Notes: generated by a model not told the origin, from the sequence alone. A DNA stretch of 19,610 bases from Candidatus Hadarchaeota archaeon (GCA_964452145.1 CAYVLA010000009.1:1-19610); one strand, 5' to 3'; counted from the first letter of the stretch, positions 1-8,690 are shown. Numbers and translations: made by a program.

Positions 1-741
1 GGACTCGACCCGGGCGTCTACCCGTCCATCTACGGCGTGGGCGAGGGGGCCCGCTTCTTCGGCGTTGAAAGGGCCTGCTACATGTTCCATCCCAACGATG
101 AGTTGGCCATGGAGAAGATGAGGGATCTGAAGGAAATCGTTTGTGACATATCCAAGTGGAAGTGGCGCCGAACCGAGGATGGGGGCACAGCCCACTGGGT
201 CGACTCCAGACCCGAATCGGTCAAGGCGGAGGCCGAAAAGGTCAGCCTCCTGTCAACGAAGTACCCCAGGATAACCGGGGCGATCCACGACGACATGAAG
301 GGATTGGTGACCCGGGAAGGCTTCACGGCGGAGATGTACTCAGAGATCTACGACGCTCTCAAAAAGCACAACAACAATCTCAAACTCTGGGCTGTCGTCT
401 ACACCCACGAGCTGGACCCGTCCTTCTGGGAGCCCTACATGCCCTTCATGGATGTGGTCAACCTCTGGGTGTGGAGGGCCCGCGACCTTGTCGATCTCGA
501 CCGAGATCTGGGCAGTTGCAGGGAGATCTTCTCCGACAAGCCAATAGTTTTGGGATGCTACCTCCGTGACTATCCCACGCAGTCCCCGGTCCCCATGGAC
601 CTCCTGAAGCACCAATGGACCCTTGTGCTCCGGCACCTCGAAGCGGGCCGGATAGCCGGCTACTCTATATTGGGCACGGTTCTGATAGATGGCCATCAGG
701 AGCAGGCCAGGTGGATCAGGGACTTCATATCCCGCCACTAG
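1..741 (+). CDS. Hypothetical protein, 5'-partial; possible TIM-barrel/glycoside-hydrolase-like fold
   Basis: The frame is open from base 1 (GLDPGVYPSIYGVGEG...) to TAG at 739-741. Composition is protein-like, with alternating beta/alpha-type motifs (GAIHDDM, LWAVVY, DVVNLWVW, KPIVLGCY). The fold is inferred. Confidence 0.75.
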   Translation, partial: GLDPGVYPSIYGVGEGARFFGVERACYMFHPNDELAMEKMRDLKEIVCDISKWKWRRTEDGGTAHWVDSRPESVKAEAEKVSLLSTKYPRITGAIHDDMKGLVTREGFTAEMYSEIYDALKKHNNNLKLWAVVYTHELDPSFWEPYMPFMDVVNLWVWRARDLVDLDRDLGSCREIFSDKPIVLGCYLRDYPTQSPVPMDLLKHQWTLVLRHLEAGRIAGYSILGTVLIDGHQEQARWIRDFISRH

Positions 742-759
742 CCGACTGCCTGGAAGCGA

Positions 760-1017
760 TCAGCAGACCTGGCACTTCTCGCCGTGGCAGCTCACACAGA
801 TCAGGGTCTGGGTGCCGCACACGCCCTCGATCTCGTGGATCTTGCCCACAACCAGTGACGCGATGTCGCCGATGTTCTTCACGTTGAAGTGCGCAACGAC
901 GTCGACATCTCCCGTAACTGCACACGAACTCTCGATCCCCTTGACCTTGGCCACGGCCTCGGCAATCTTCAGGGGCATCCCCAGATCCGTGCTTATCAGC
1001 ACATATCCGCAGACCAT
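760..1017 (-). CDS. Stand-alone Lrp/AsnC ligand-binding (RAM) domain protein with Cys-rich C-terminal tail
   Basis: 85 aa with the RAM pattern YVLI...VTGDVDVV...IHEIEGV..TQTLI and no HTH. GAGGT RBS and a TTTAAG TATA-like box lie upstream. Confidence 0.88.
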   Translation of the reverse strand: MVCGYVLISTDLGMPLKIAEAVAKVKGIESSCAVTGDVDVVAHFNVKNIGDIASLVVGKIHEIEGVCGTQTLICVSCHGEKCQVC

Positions 1018-1052
1018 GCTCGGACCTCGCCTGTTGATTGGCGCGGCTTGCT

Positions 1053-1058
1053 CTTAAA
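1053..1058 (-). promoter_or_regulatory. Putative archaeal TATA box for the Lrp/AsnC gene
   Basis: TTTAAG on the minus strand, about 35 nt upstream of the ATG at 1017, in GC-rich surroundings. Confidence 0.5.
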
Positions 1059-1257
1059 CCTGTTGGCGCTGAGTCGTACGCGCCCGGGTTGGAGACCGGT
1101 TGGAACCGGCGGTCGAAGACTCCAAAGCTCGGCCCCAGGCAGGTTGACCCATGCCCCGGAGGGACCGCGCACAGGTTCGTCCCTGTTGCCTCGGCCACCG
1201 CTCTCACCCGGTCCCTCGGCAACGGTGCAGGGCTACAGGGCTTCATACCAGCAGGCT

Positions 1258-1271
1258 GGGAAGATATATTA
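1258..1271 (+). promoter_or_regulatory. Putative BRE/TATA promoter for the isomerase-UROD unit
   Basis: GGGAAG followed by ATATATTA; the most AT-rich patch in this intergenic region. Confidence 0.5.
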
Positions 1272-1357
1272 CCCGCCCATCGGAAGACCGGTGCCAAGGC
1301 CCGGACGGGCATCGTCCGACCCCATTACGCACCAGAATACTCGACGGAGGCCAAGAA

Positions 1358-2104
1358 ATGAAGAGAATCCCCGTGGCACTGCAGATGTACACCCTGCGTG
1401 AACTATGCGCCAAGGACTTCATTGGCACCCTCAGGCAGGTGGCCGATATTGGGTACGAGGGCGTGGAGCTAGCCGGTACCTACAATGTTCCTCCACGCCA
1501 GCTCAAGGAGACCTTGAGGGATCTCGACTTGAAGCTTGCGGGGAACCACATGCCGGGGGAAAGGGATCTCAAGAAGTTGGTCACCTTAAACAAAGAGCTG
1601 GGATGCGACGCGGTATGGGGCCCCTGCATGCCCGAAGGCAAGCTCCCCACCGACGAGGCAGGCTGCAGAGCAATGGTCAGATACGCGAATTCCGTGGGCG
1701 AGGAGCTCAAGAAGAACGGCATACAGCTCTACTACCACAACCACAGCCAGGAATTCAACAAGGTCGCCGGCCGATACATCATGGACTGGTTGCTCCAGGA
1801 CACCAAGCCCGAAAACGTCGCCGCCCAGATCGATGTCATGTGGGCCCAGCATGCCGGCGTCGACCCCGCATCCTACATCCGGAAATACCCGGGACGCGTA
1901 CCGCTGGTTCACATTAAGGACATGGACTCGAGCCACTTCTTCACTGAGGTCGGACGCGGCGTTCTGGACTTCGATTCGATCTTCGCCGCGTGCAAGGAAG
2001 CCGGAACGAGGTGGTATGTAGTCGAGCAGGACACCTGCAAGAGGCCGCCCATGGAGAGCGTGAAGATCAGCTTCGAGTACTTCAAGAAGAAAGGGATGGT
2101 CTAG
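1358..2104 (+). CDS. Sugar phosphate isomerase/epimerase (IolE/xylose-isomerase-like TIM barrel)
   Basis: Motifs LQMYTLR, GYEGVELAG, YHNH..EF, IDVMW, VHIKD, VGRGVLDF, VEQD. Start placed at ATG 1358, after a GGAGG RBS; the upstream ORF extension looks non-coding. Confidence 0.92.
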   Translation: MKRIPVALQMYTLRELCAKDFIGTLRQVADIGYEGVELAGTYNVPPRQLKETLRDLDLKLAGNHMPGERDLKKLVTLNKELGCDAVWGPCMPEGKLPTDEAGCRAMVRYANSVGEELKKNGIQLYYHNHSQEFNKVAGRYIMDWLLQDTKPENVAAQIDVMWAQHAGVDPASYIRKYPGRVPLVHIKDMDSSHFFTEVGRGVLDFDSIFAACKEAGTRWYVVEQDTCKRPPMESVKISFEYFKKKGMV

Positions 2105-2171
2105 GCGGACCAGTACCCCCGAAGCCACTCGGCCATCAACGGCTTTCAGAATGATCGTCAGGAGGCAGCCC

Positions 2172-3296
2172 ATGAGCTTCCGGGAAGCCATAATCCGAAC
2201 ATTTGAACACAAGAAGAACGACCGGATCGTCTGGCAGCCCAGGATCCGGTACTGGTACAGCGGCAATCAGGTGAACAGGGGGCCCGACGAGGTCGACCAG
2301 AAGAGGATTCCATACCCACCCGTCCCGAGACGGTACAGAGGAAAGACCGTCCTAGAGGTCTATGACATGCTCAGAGCATCCCCAAGATACCCGGGGGAGG
2401 TGTTGGACATCGGCGTCTTCAGGACGTCGCTGGATCCATCGGCCCGCGTGAAGTACTCCTTCCTCGACGAGGGTGGAAGCCGGATCACCCACGTCGAGAC
2501 CCCGGTGGGAAAGCTGCGGTCGGTGAGCCGAGGCGGCTACCCGGCCGAGTTCCCGATCAAGGAGCCCGCGGACTGCCAGGTCATGAAATACATCCTCGAC
2601 AATACCTCCTTCAGCTTTGACAAGGAGGCCTTCGAGAAGGCCGACAGGGCCTTCGGCCCCAGGGGCATCATCCAGAGCTTCTACCCCCGATCACCCTTCC
2701 AGAGGATGATTGTAGAGTACATGGGTGCCCGAAACTTCTTCATACAGCTGCATCGACACAGGGAGAAAATCGAGTCCTTCATGGACGCGATCGGGGAGTG
2801 GGATGACAGGATGTACGACGTGCTGGTGAGGTGTCCTCTAAAAGTCCTGAACTTCGGAGAGAACATAGACGCCAACCTTGCCTCGCCCAAGTTCTTCGAG
2901 CGATACCTGATTCCCTACTACCGCAAGCGGGTCAAGCAGCTCCACGAGGCCGGCAAGTTCTGCCACATACACATCGATGGTGCGATCCGTCCACTGCTGC
3001 CGCTCCTAGACCAGACTGATTTCGACGGGATCGAAGCGGCAACACCTAAGCCCCAGGGAGATGTCGAGATCGATGAACTCAAAGACGGACTGAAAGACAA
3101 GATCCTCTTGGACGGCCTGCCAGCCGTCATCTTCATACCGGTCTACCCGGACAAGTACCTGGAAGAGTTTGTGCAGGAGGTACTTGAGACATTCTCCCCC
3201 AACCTGATCCTCGGAGTCTCAGACGAGCTTCCCCCCACCGCCGACATAAGGAAGATGGAGCTGGTTACCAAGCTGGTCGAGGAGTTCCACCCATAG
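2172..3296 (+). CDS. Uroporphyrinogen decarboxylase / MtaA-CmuA methyltransferase superfamily protein
   Basis: ETPVGKL, GENID, SPKFFERYLIPYY, HIHIDG, DGIEA.TP.PQGD, LILGVSD. GGAGG RBS before ATG 2172. Probably not true HemE. Confidence 0.85.
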   Translation: MSFREAIIRTFEHKKNDRIVWQPRIRYWYSGNQVNRGPDEVDQKRIPYPPVPRRYRGKTVLEVYDMLRASPRYPGEVLDIGVFRTSLDPSARVKYSFLDEGGSRITHVETPVGKLRSVSRGGYPAEFPIKEPADCQVMKYILDNTSFSFDKEAFEKADRAFGPRGIIQSFYPRSPFQRMIVEYMGARNFFIQLHRHREKIESFMDAIGEWDDRMYDVLVRCPLKVLNFGENIDANLASPKFFERYLIPYYRKRVKQLHEAGKFCHIHIDGAIRPLLPLLDQTDFDGIEAATPKPQGDVEIDELKDGLKDKILLDGLPAVIFIPVYPDKYLEEFVQEVLETFSPNLILGVSDELPPTADIRKMELVTKLVEEFHP

Positions 3297-3549
3297 GACA
3301 TGGCCGTGAAGCGCGTTCCAGCCGAGCAGAAACGCCGGATGAGCCCCCTTCTCCGTTCCTCTCCGCCGCGATATCGTCCGTTCAGCCTGACGATTCGTGG
3401 GAGACGCCAACTCGCGGCTGTGTGTCTCCCCTAACGCAGGCCAGCCGCCCATTCAGGCCTGCGGGTGGCCTTTAGATCGGCTGCACAAGGTAACAGCTAT
3501 AACTGAGAGATCGGCCGACTGCCATGTCCCTTGGGACCCGGTGTCTCCG

Positions 3550-4443
3550 ATGGTCGCAGCCTTCCAGCCCACGCCTTTCCACCATCGGGGTGAGTGGATT
3601 AGGGCTGGCTTCCACTGCCACACCGTCAACTCCGATGGTGGCCTGTCTCCCGAGGAGACCCTTGACCGGTACAGAAGGGCAGGGTACCGTTGCGTCGGGG
3701 TAACCGATCATAGGTTGGTGACCGACGTCGAGCAGTTCTCGACCCGTTCATTCCTCGTTCTGAACTCAACCGAAGTCGGCATCCAGCCCGATATCATCGG
3801 AGTGGGGGTTAGGGCTGCCGTGCCCCGCGGCCTTGCCATGTGCCAGGCTGCCTGTGACCTAGCCAAGCAAGGGGCGTTCGTAATCGGGGCCCACCCCACA
3901 TACTCATCGGTCATGCCCGAGACCTATCTTGCTTGTCCAAGCCTCATGGGCATGGAGATCTACAATGCATACTGCGAGGAGGCCTATGCTAATGGCCTCG
4001 CAACCGAGCTCTGGGACATGTTGCTGGGAGCGGGAAAGAGGATCTGGGGCGTAGCGGCAGATGATGCTCACCTGAACCCAAAGAAGGGATACTTCTCAGA
4101 TATCGGCAAGGGATGGATGGAGATCTGGGCCGAGGAGCTCACCCGCAACTCGGTCCTGAACGCACTCATGAGGGGCTCCTTCTACTCCACCCAGGGACCA
4201 CGCTTCGAGTGGCTGAAGGTCGAGGGACCGACCATCGAGTTCAGGTGCGCACCGGTCAAGCGCATCCGATGGCGCACGAGGGGATCCCGGGGTCACGTGG
4301 AGTACGCCCTGGAGGAAAAGGGGCTGACAGAGTCGCGTCTGCCTGACTGGTTTGTCCCCCGGGGATATGTTCGGATCGAGCTGGTCGACGCGGCGGGATT
4401 GACGGCCTGGTCAAATCCGTTCTTCGTGGAAAGCTATTCATAG
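3550..4443 (+). CDS. PHP-domain metallohydrolase (CehA/McbA-like)
   Basis: HCHTVNSDG, VTDH, AHP, EIYN, ADDAH, G.FYSTQGP and C-terminal YVRIEL...AWSNPFF. The start is uncertain; ATG 3550 was chosen because it lies downstream of a CTATAA motif at 3497-3502. Confidence 0.88.
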   Translation: MVAAFQPTPFHHRGEWIRAGFHCHTVNSDGGLSPEETLDRYRRAGYRCVGVTDHRLVTDVEQFSTRSFLVLNSTEVGIQPDIIGVGVRAAVPRGLAMCQAACDLAKQGAFVIGAHPTYSSVMPETYLACPSLMGMEIYNAYCEEAYANGLATELWDMLLGAGKRIWGVAADDAHLNPKKGYFSDIGKGWMEIWAEELTRNSVLNALMRGSFYSTQGPRFEWLKVEGPTIEFRCAPVKRIRWRTRGSRGHVEYALEEKGLTESRLPDWFVPRGYVRIELVDAAGLTAWSNPFFVESYS

Positions 4444-4642
4444 CCAATGTATTCCACGGGTCCCCCGTGCCGTGCACGATCGCCCTGATCCGAGCGGACA
4501 GCCCTGCGGCGGCCCGCTCGGGAGTCGACCGGCAGGCCATCCGGTTCCAAGGAGGCCCACCAGTCGAGTTGGATTTATGGTCGGACAAGAGCTGGCATTG
4601 GCCTAGCGGCAGCAGCGTGATGAGGAGTCAGGTTCGCTCCGG

Positions 4643-5854
4643 CTACCCCAGCCTCGTTGCCTCGACCTCCCTGTACATCTTTCTCCTGACCATGAGCGTC
4701 CACAGGATGAACCCGGAGATGAAGAGGGTCGACGAAGTGATGAACCACTCTATGACGTAGACCCAGAGGAGGGCGGAGTCCTTCACTCTTCTCGCCAAGT
4801 CCTCAGCCGCTGAGAACTGCCGCAGGGCCGAGTCCACTGCGTCCTTGCAGCCCTGAAAGTCCTGGGCGAGATAGAGGTCTACGCCCTCTTGATAGAGTCC
4901 ATTCAACCTGAGGACCTCCTCCTGAATCGAATTCGTGTTGGCCCCGAATCTGTCCACAAAATCCCTCAGCGAGATCAACCCTAGCATCTTGGATCTGAAC
5001 TCCACGAATCCCGACTTCAGTTCATGGAACAGCATCACGTCCTGTATCAGATTCTTCTTGGCCATGTACAGAATCATGTTCATGAGCATATCGGCGCCAT
5101 ATTCGTTCTCCTTCCACTCGAACCAGCCCTTGGGGAGCACATTCCCACACGTCATGGTCCTTCCCTCGCCGTAGTCCCACGCGATGAGGTAGTCGACCCT
5201 CCCCCCCGGGTGGTTCCCCACCTGCCAGGCAAGGACCCCGGCCCCCTCCCGGGCTAACACGAGGCGCGACGACGCATAGCACCCTACGCTCTCTACGCCA
5301 AAGGCCAGATACGGTAGCAGCACGGGGTCACGGAAAGCCCTGTTGACGACGACCAGGAATGCCATGCTGGTTTCCCCTCCCCCTCCCTTGTTTGCCACGG
5401 CCAGGGCGTCGTTGGGGAAGGCTCTGGATGTCTGGGAGTTGGCCCAAGCCCAGTGTATCTCGGCGATTATGCTGAAAACACTCCCCGCATTTATTCCTCC
5501 CATCCCATCCTGGATGGCGTTATGCATCCACTGATCCTGGATGGGTGAGAAGAGCTGGTACTCGGGCGAGTTCAGCATGATGACATCATACTTCTTGATC
5601 TCCTGATACGTGCGGGGAAAGTAGAGCCTCAGCATCTTGATCGCATCCTCCGCAGACGAATCCACGATGCGGAACGGAATGCCGCGATAACTGACGAGGG
5701 GCTCCGGGTCAAAGTACGGCCTAAGCAGGTCAAGGTAACGCCCCACCACAAGGATGTCTATCCTCTCGCCGCCGAGACAGATCTGTAAACACGGAGAAAT
5801 GCATAGTGTCAGAAGCAAAACGATCAACGCCTTGGTCTCAGAACGGGGATGCAT
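4643..5854 (-). CDS. Exported membrane-anchored hypothetical protein (signal peptide, class-I glutamine amidotransferase-like domain, helical stalk, C-terminal TM)
   Basis: Hydrophobic N-terminus ALIVLLLTLCI; YDVIML, GMGGINAG, WDYGEGRT and MLMNMILY motifs; amphipathic helical region; C-terminal TM followed by RRK. Start placed at ATG 5854, after GGAAGGAG. Confidence 0.78.
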   Translation of the reverse strand: MHPRSETKALIVLLLTLCISPCLQICLGGERIDILVVGRYLDLLRPYFDPEPLVSYRGIPFRIVDSSAEDAIKMLRLYFPRTYQEIKKYDVIMLNSPEYQLFSPIQDQWMHNAIQDGMGGINAGSVFSIIAEIHWAWANSQTSRAFPNDALAVANKGGGGETSMAFLVVVNRAFRDPVLLPYLAFGVESVGCYASSRLVLAREGAGVLAWQVGNHPGGRVDYLIAWDYGEGRTMTCGNVLPKGWFEWKENEYGADMLMNMILYMAKKNLIQDVMLFHELKSGFVEFRSKMLGLISLRDFVDRFGANTNSIQEEVLRLNGLYQEGVDLYLAQDFQGCKDAVDSALRQFSAAEDLARRVKDSALLWVYVIEWFITSSTLFISGFILWTLMVRRKMYREVEATRLG

Positions 5855-5900
5855 GTTAAGCAGATGCGCTCCTTCCTTCCGCTCGGGTCCAAGATGCTCC

Positions 5901-5915
5901 CATATATATTTTTGG
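5901..5915. promoter_or_regulatory. TATA/BRE-like element between divergent genes
   Basis: CATATATATTTTTGG; the minus strand reads CCAAAAATATATATG. It sits roughly midway between the starts at 5854 (-) and 5959 (+). Confidence 0.6.
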
Positions 5916-5958
5916 CCTTCTGCCGACCGACTGCCCAAATCCTGGTAGAGAGGAGAAA

Positions 5959-6945
5959 ATGGAGATAGCGATGGTGGCCTTCGAGAGCATGGGGATCAGG
6001 TCCATGTGTACCCACGTCAGAACACCTGAACTCTCCATCCTCATCGATCCCGGACTGGGATGTCACACCAGATCCGGCGTCAAACCCCATCCCCTTGAAT
6101 ACGAGGTCCTCGTGAGGAAGTGGGCCCAGTTACTGTCACTCTCACGCGAGATCGACTTGATCACGGTCTCTCACTACCACATCCATCACTACTCGCCGAG
6201 CGTAGCCGACCTCGTCACCACCTTGTGCACGCAGGCCTTAGCCGACGAGATATATGCAGGCAAGATGCTGTTCTGCAAGGACCCGGCACGCAACGTGAGC
6301 GACATCCAGGCCGTGCGGGGCATGGAGTTTCGTCGCGCATATGGAACGAGATCCCCGAAGTACGAGCTAGCCGATGGGAGAAGCTTCAAATTTGGGAAGA
6401 CCTGTGTCTCGTTCTCACCGGCCCTTTGGCACGGCAAGGATAACACCCCACAGGGATTTGTCATCGGGATCTGCGTGACAGATCGGGACACGACCTTCGT
6501 CCACGCTTCAGACGTCCAGCTGCTGAACCGCGGCTGCATTGACTGGATGCTGGACCAGAGACCTGACATCGCGGTGGTCGCCGGCCCCCCTCTCTTCGAT
6601 CCGGAGAGAATGAAGGGAGGTGAACGTGAGATCGCCGCCGGTTATCTCAGGGAATTGTCGAACCGGATTCCCCGACTCGTAGTCGATCATCACCTCCTCA
6701 GAGGATCGGATTGGAGAGAGTTCCTTGCGGAGTCCGGGGCCGGAACGCGAGTCAGATGCGCCGCTGAATCCGAGGGCGTTCCGCCTTCGCCTTTGGAGAG
6801 CAAGAGACAAGCTCTCTACGAAGAGGAAGAGGTGGAGAAGGAATTTCACCAACAGCTTCTCGACGGAAAGGTCCCGGACAGACTCGGCTCGGTGATACGT
6901 GAGGAGGGCCTTGAAAGCTACTACGAGGCCTCGCTAATGCCTTGA
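5959..6945 (+). CDS. MBL-fold metallo-hydrolase, UPF0282-like (archaeal-type)
   Basis: AFESMGIRSM...ILIDPG, SHYHIHH, ADGR.F..G, WHG, HASDVQ, GPP, VDHHLLR match the UPF0282/COG2248 pattern. GAGGAG RBS. Confidence 0.88.
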   Translation: MEIAMVAFESMGIRSMCTHVRTPELSILIDPGLGCHTRSGVKPHPLEYEVLVRKWAQLLSLSREIDLITVSHYHIHHYSPSVADLVTTLCTQALADEIYAGKMLFCKDPARNVSDIQAVRGMEFRRAYGTRSPKYELADGRSFKFGKTCVSFSPALWHGKDNTPQGFVIGICVTDRDTTFVHASDVQLLNRGCIDWMLDQRPDIAVVAGPPLFDPERMKGGEREIAAGYLRELSNRIPRLVVDHHLLRGSDWREFLAESGAGTRVRCAAESEGVPPSPLESKRQALYEEEEVEKEFHQQLLDGKVPDRLGSVIREEGLESYYEASLMP

Positions 6946-7185
6946 TTTCCTCTTGCCTGATCCCTGCCGGGCAGTGGGTTCCGTCCGATACTGCGACCTG
7001 AAGGTAGCCACCGTGGCTTCCCCATCCACTCCTCATTTGCGGCCAGTTTCTGGATGGTGCATGTCACCTCTACGCTGCAGCCTGGCTAGACTCCCGATAT
7101 CTTGTTCGCCAGCCGGACCCACGGACCCCCGGTTCGGTATGAGGACACGCCTAGAGCATCGTGCATGGCGCGTGGGCGCGTGGGG

Positions 7186-7198
7186 TAAGAGACTTAAA
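7186..7198 (+). promoter_or_regulatory. Putative TATA box for the GH4 gene
   Basis: TAAGAGA followed by CTTAAA, about 90 nt upstream of the start. Confidence 0.4.
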
Positions 7199-7286
7199 GC
7201 CGATATGGGAGGCGGTGTAAGGCCTGGGCTCAGCCGACCGACCTTGAAGACTCCCGGGCTGGCGGCTGGCCAAAGGTGTGATGACG

Positions 7287-8573
7287 ATGACCGACATCAA
7301 GGTGTCCTTCATAGGGGGTGCCAGCATGACCTGGATGCCTACCTTCTCCCAGGAACTTCTGTCCTGCCCGGAACTGGCTGGAAGCACAATCGTACTGATG
7401 GACAACGACAGATCACATCTCGATGTCATGGAGAAATACGTCAACCGCATGAAGAGGGAACTCAATGCCCAAGTTGAGATCATGGCCACAACCGAGCGGC
7501 TCGAAGCCCTCTCCGAAGCTGACTTCGTGGTGACCACTTTCATGGCGGGAGGCCACGACTACTGGGCAACGGACCTCAACATCCCGCTGAAGTACGGACT
7601 GCGAACGCCCAAGGGGATGTCCGTGGGGCCCGGCGGCCTCCTTCAGGGCCTGAAGGCGATTCCCATGATCGTCGAGATCGCCCAGGAGATGGAGTCCCTA
7701 TGCCCGGATGCCAAGCTCATCAACTACACCAACCCCATGTCCAGCATCGTCCTCGGCGTCCAGCGCTACTCCAGCATAAGCAGCGTCGGCGTGTGTCCCG
7801 GACTGGAGCACGAGATAACCCGATACGCCCGCATCCTGGAGGTGCCGGAGGACGAGCTACAGATGCGTGCCGCTGGTGTCAACCACTGTGACTTTGTGCT
7901 CCAAGTTCGACATAAGGGGCAGGACGTCCTGCCAAAGATCGTCGACAGGTTGGCAGACGGGAACCATGAACCGATCAGTCGGCTGATCTACCGGATATTC
8001 GGAGGGCTACCAACCCCCGGGGATATCCACATCATGGAGTTCTTTCCCTACTTCATGCGCCAGAACACCGAGCTGGAGAGATGGGGCCAGACCCACAACT
8101 ACGTGGAGAACCGAATAGCAAAGCGAAAAGCATTCTGGGAGAAGATCGAAGCCGCGGCCCGAGGCGAGGGCAGCTTCGTCACAAGCTATGAGTCCCGGGA
8201 GAAGCTCGACAAACTCATATGCTCATCGCTATTCGGGCAGAGCAAGGTGTTCCAGCTCAACGTCATGAATCAGGGCGCGATACCCAATGTGCTGCCCCAA
8301 GCCGTCATCGAGGTGCCAACGATCGTGGATGGCTTCGGATACCATCCAGTCCGGTTTGGGCCCCTGCCCACGGCAATCGCCGGGATCTGCAACATGGCGG
8401 CAACGGTGCAGGACCTTACCGTTGAAGCCGCCATGAAGGGAGACCGGCAGCTCGCGCTCCAAGCGCTGCTCATGGACCCACTTACCTATTCCATGGAGAT
8501 AGACGCAGCCAGTAGGATGCTGGATGAAATGCTGGAGGCCCAGAGGATCTGGCTGCCCCGCTTCTTTGCCTGA
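7287..8573 (+). CDS. Glycoside hydrolase family 4 (NAD+/Mn2+-dependent; alpha-galactosidase/glucosidase-like)
   Basis: IGGAS Rossmann start, ALSEADFV, VGPGG, CPDA.LINYTNPM, GVC, AGVNH, H..EFFPYF, NV.NQGAIPN, EVP, ALL.DPL. Start is 7287 (AGGTG RBS) or 7281. Confidence 0.93.
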   Translation: MTDIKVSFIGGASMTWMPTFSQELLSCPELAGSTIVLMDNDRSHLDVMEKYVNRMKRELNAQVEIMATTERLEALSEADFVVTTFMAGGHDYWATDLNIPLKYGLRTPKGMSVGPGGLLQGLKAIPMIVEIAQEMESLCPDAKLINYTNPMSSIVLGVQRYSSISSVGVCPGLEHEITRYARILEVPEDELQMRAAGVNHCDFVLQVRHKGQDVLPKIVDRLADGNHEPISRLIYRIFGGLPTPGDIHIMEFFPYFMRQNTELERWGQTHNYVENRIAKRKAFWEKIEAAARGEGSFVTSYESREKLDKLICSSLFGQSKVFQLNVMNQGAIPNVLPQAVIEVPTIVDGFGYHPVRFGPLPTAIAGICNMAATVQDLTVEAAMKGDRQLALQALLMDPLTYSMEIDAASRMLDEMLEAQRIWLPRFFA

Positions 8574-8690
8574 TATCCGAGGCCACCGACCGACCAATTC
8601 GGGTCCTGATAGGCAGGCAGAAATGTGCGGCAGGGACTCAGGGAACCTCCCGAACTCCCTTCTCACTGCGAACGCCCTGGACTTGCGCGT

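Noticed and set aside
1151..1357. N-terminal ORF extensions of the isomerase (likewise PHP, 5938, 9737, 10837, 10768, 15707)
   Set aside because: The extensions cross TATA-like boxes or neighbouring genes and lack family similarity; the downstream starts generally have better RBS or signal-peptide context.
4617..4689. Possible C/D-box sRNA (GTGATGA ... CTGA)
   Set aside because: No convincing internal D'/C' boxes or terminal stem, the spacing is long, and it lies mostly antisense to a CDS.
7167..7183. Tandem GGCGCGTG repeat upstream of the GH4 promoter
   Set aside because: Only two short copies in GC-rich DNA; not CRISPR-like and not distinguishable from chance.
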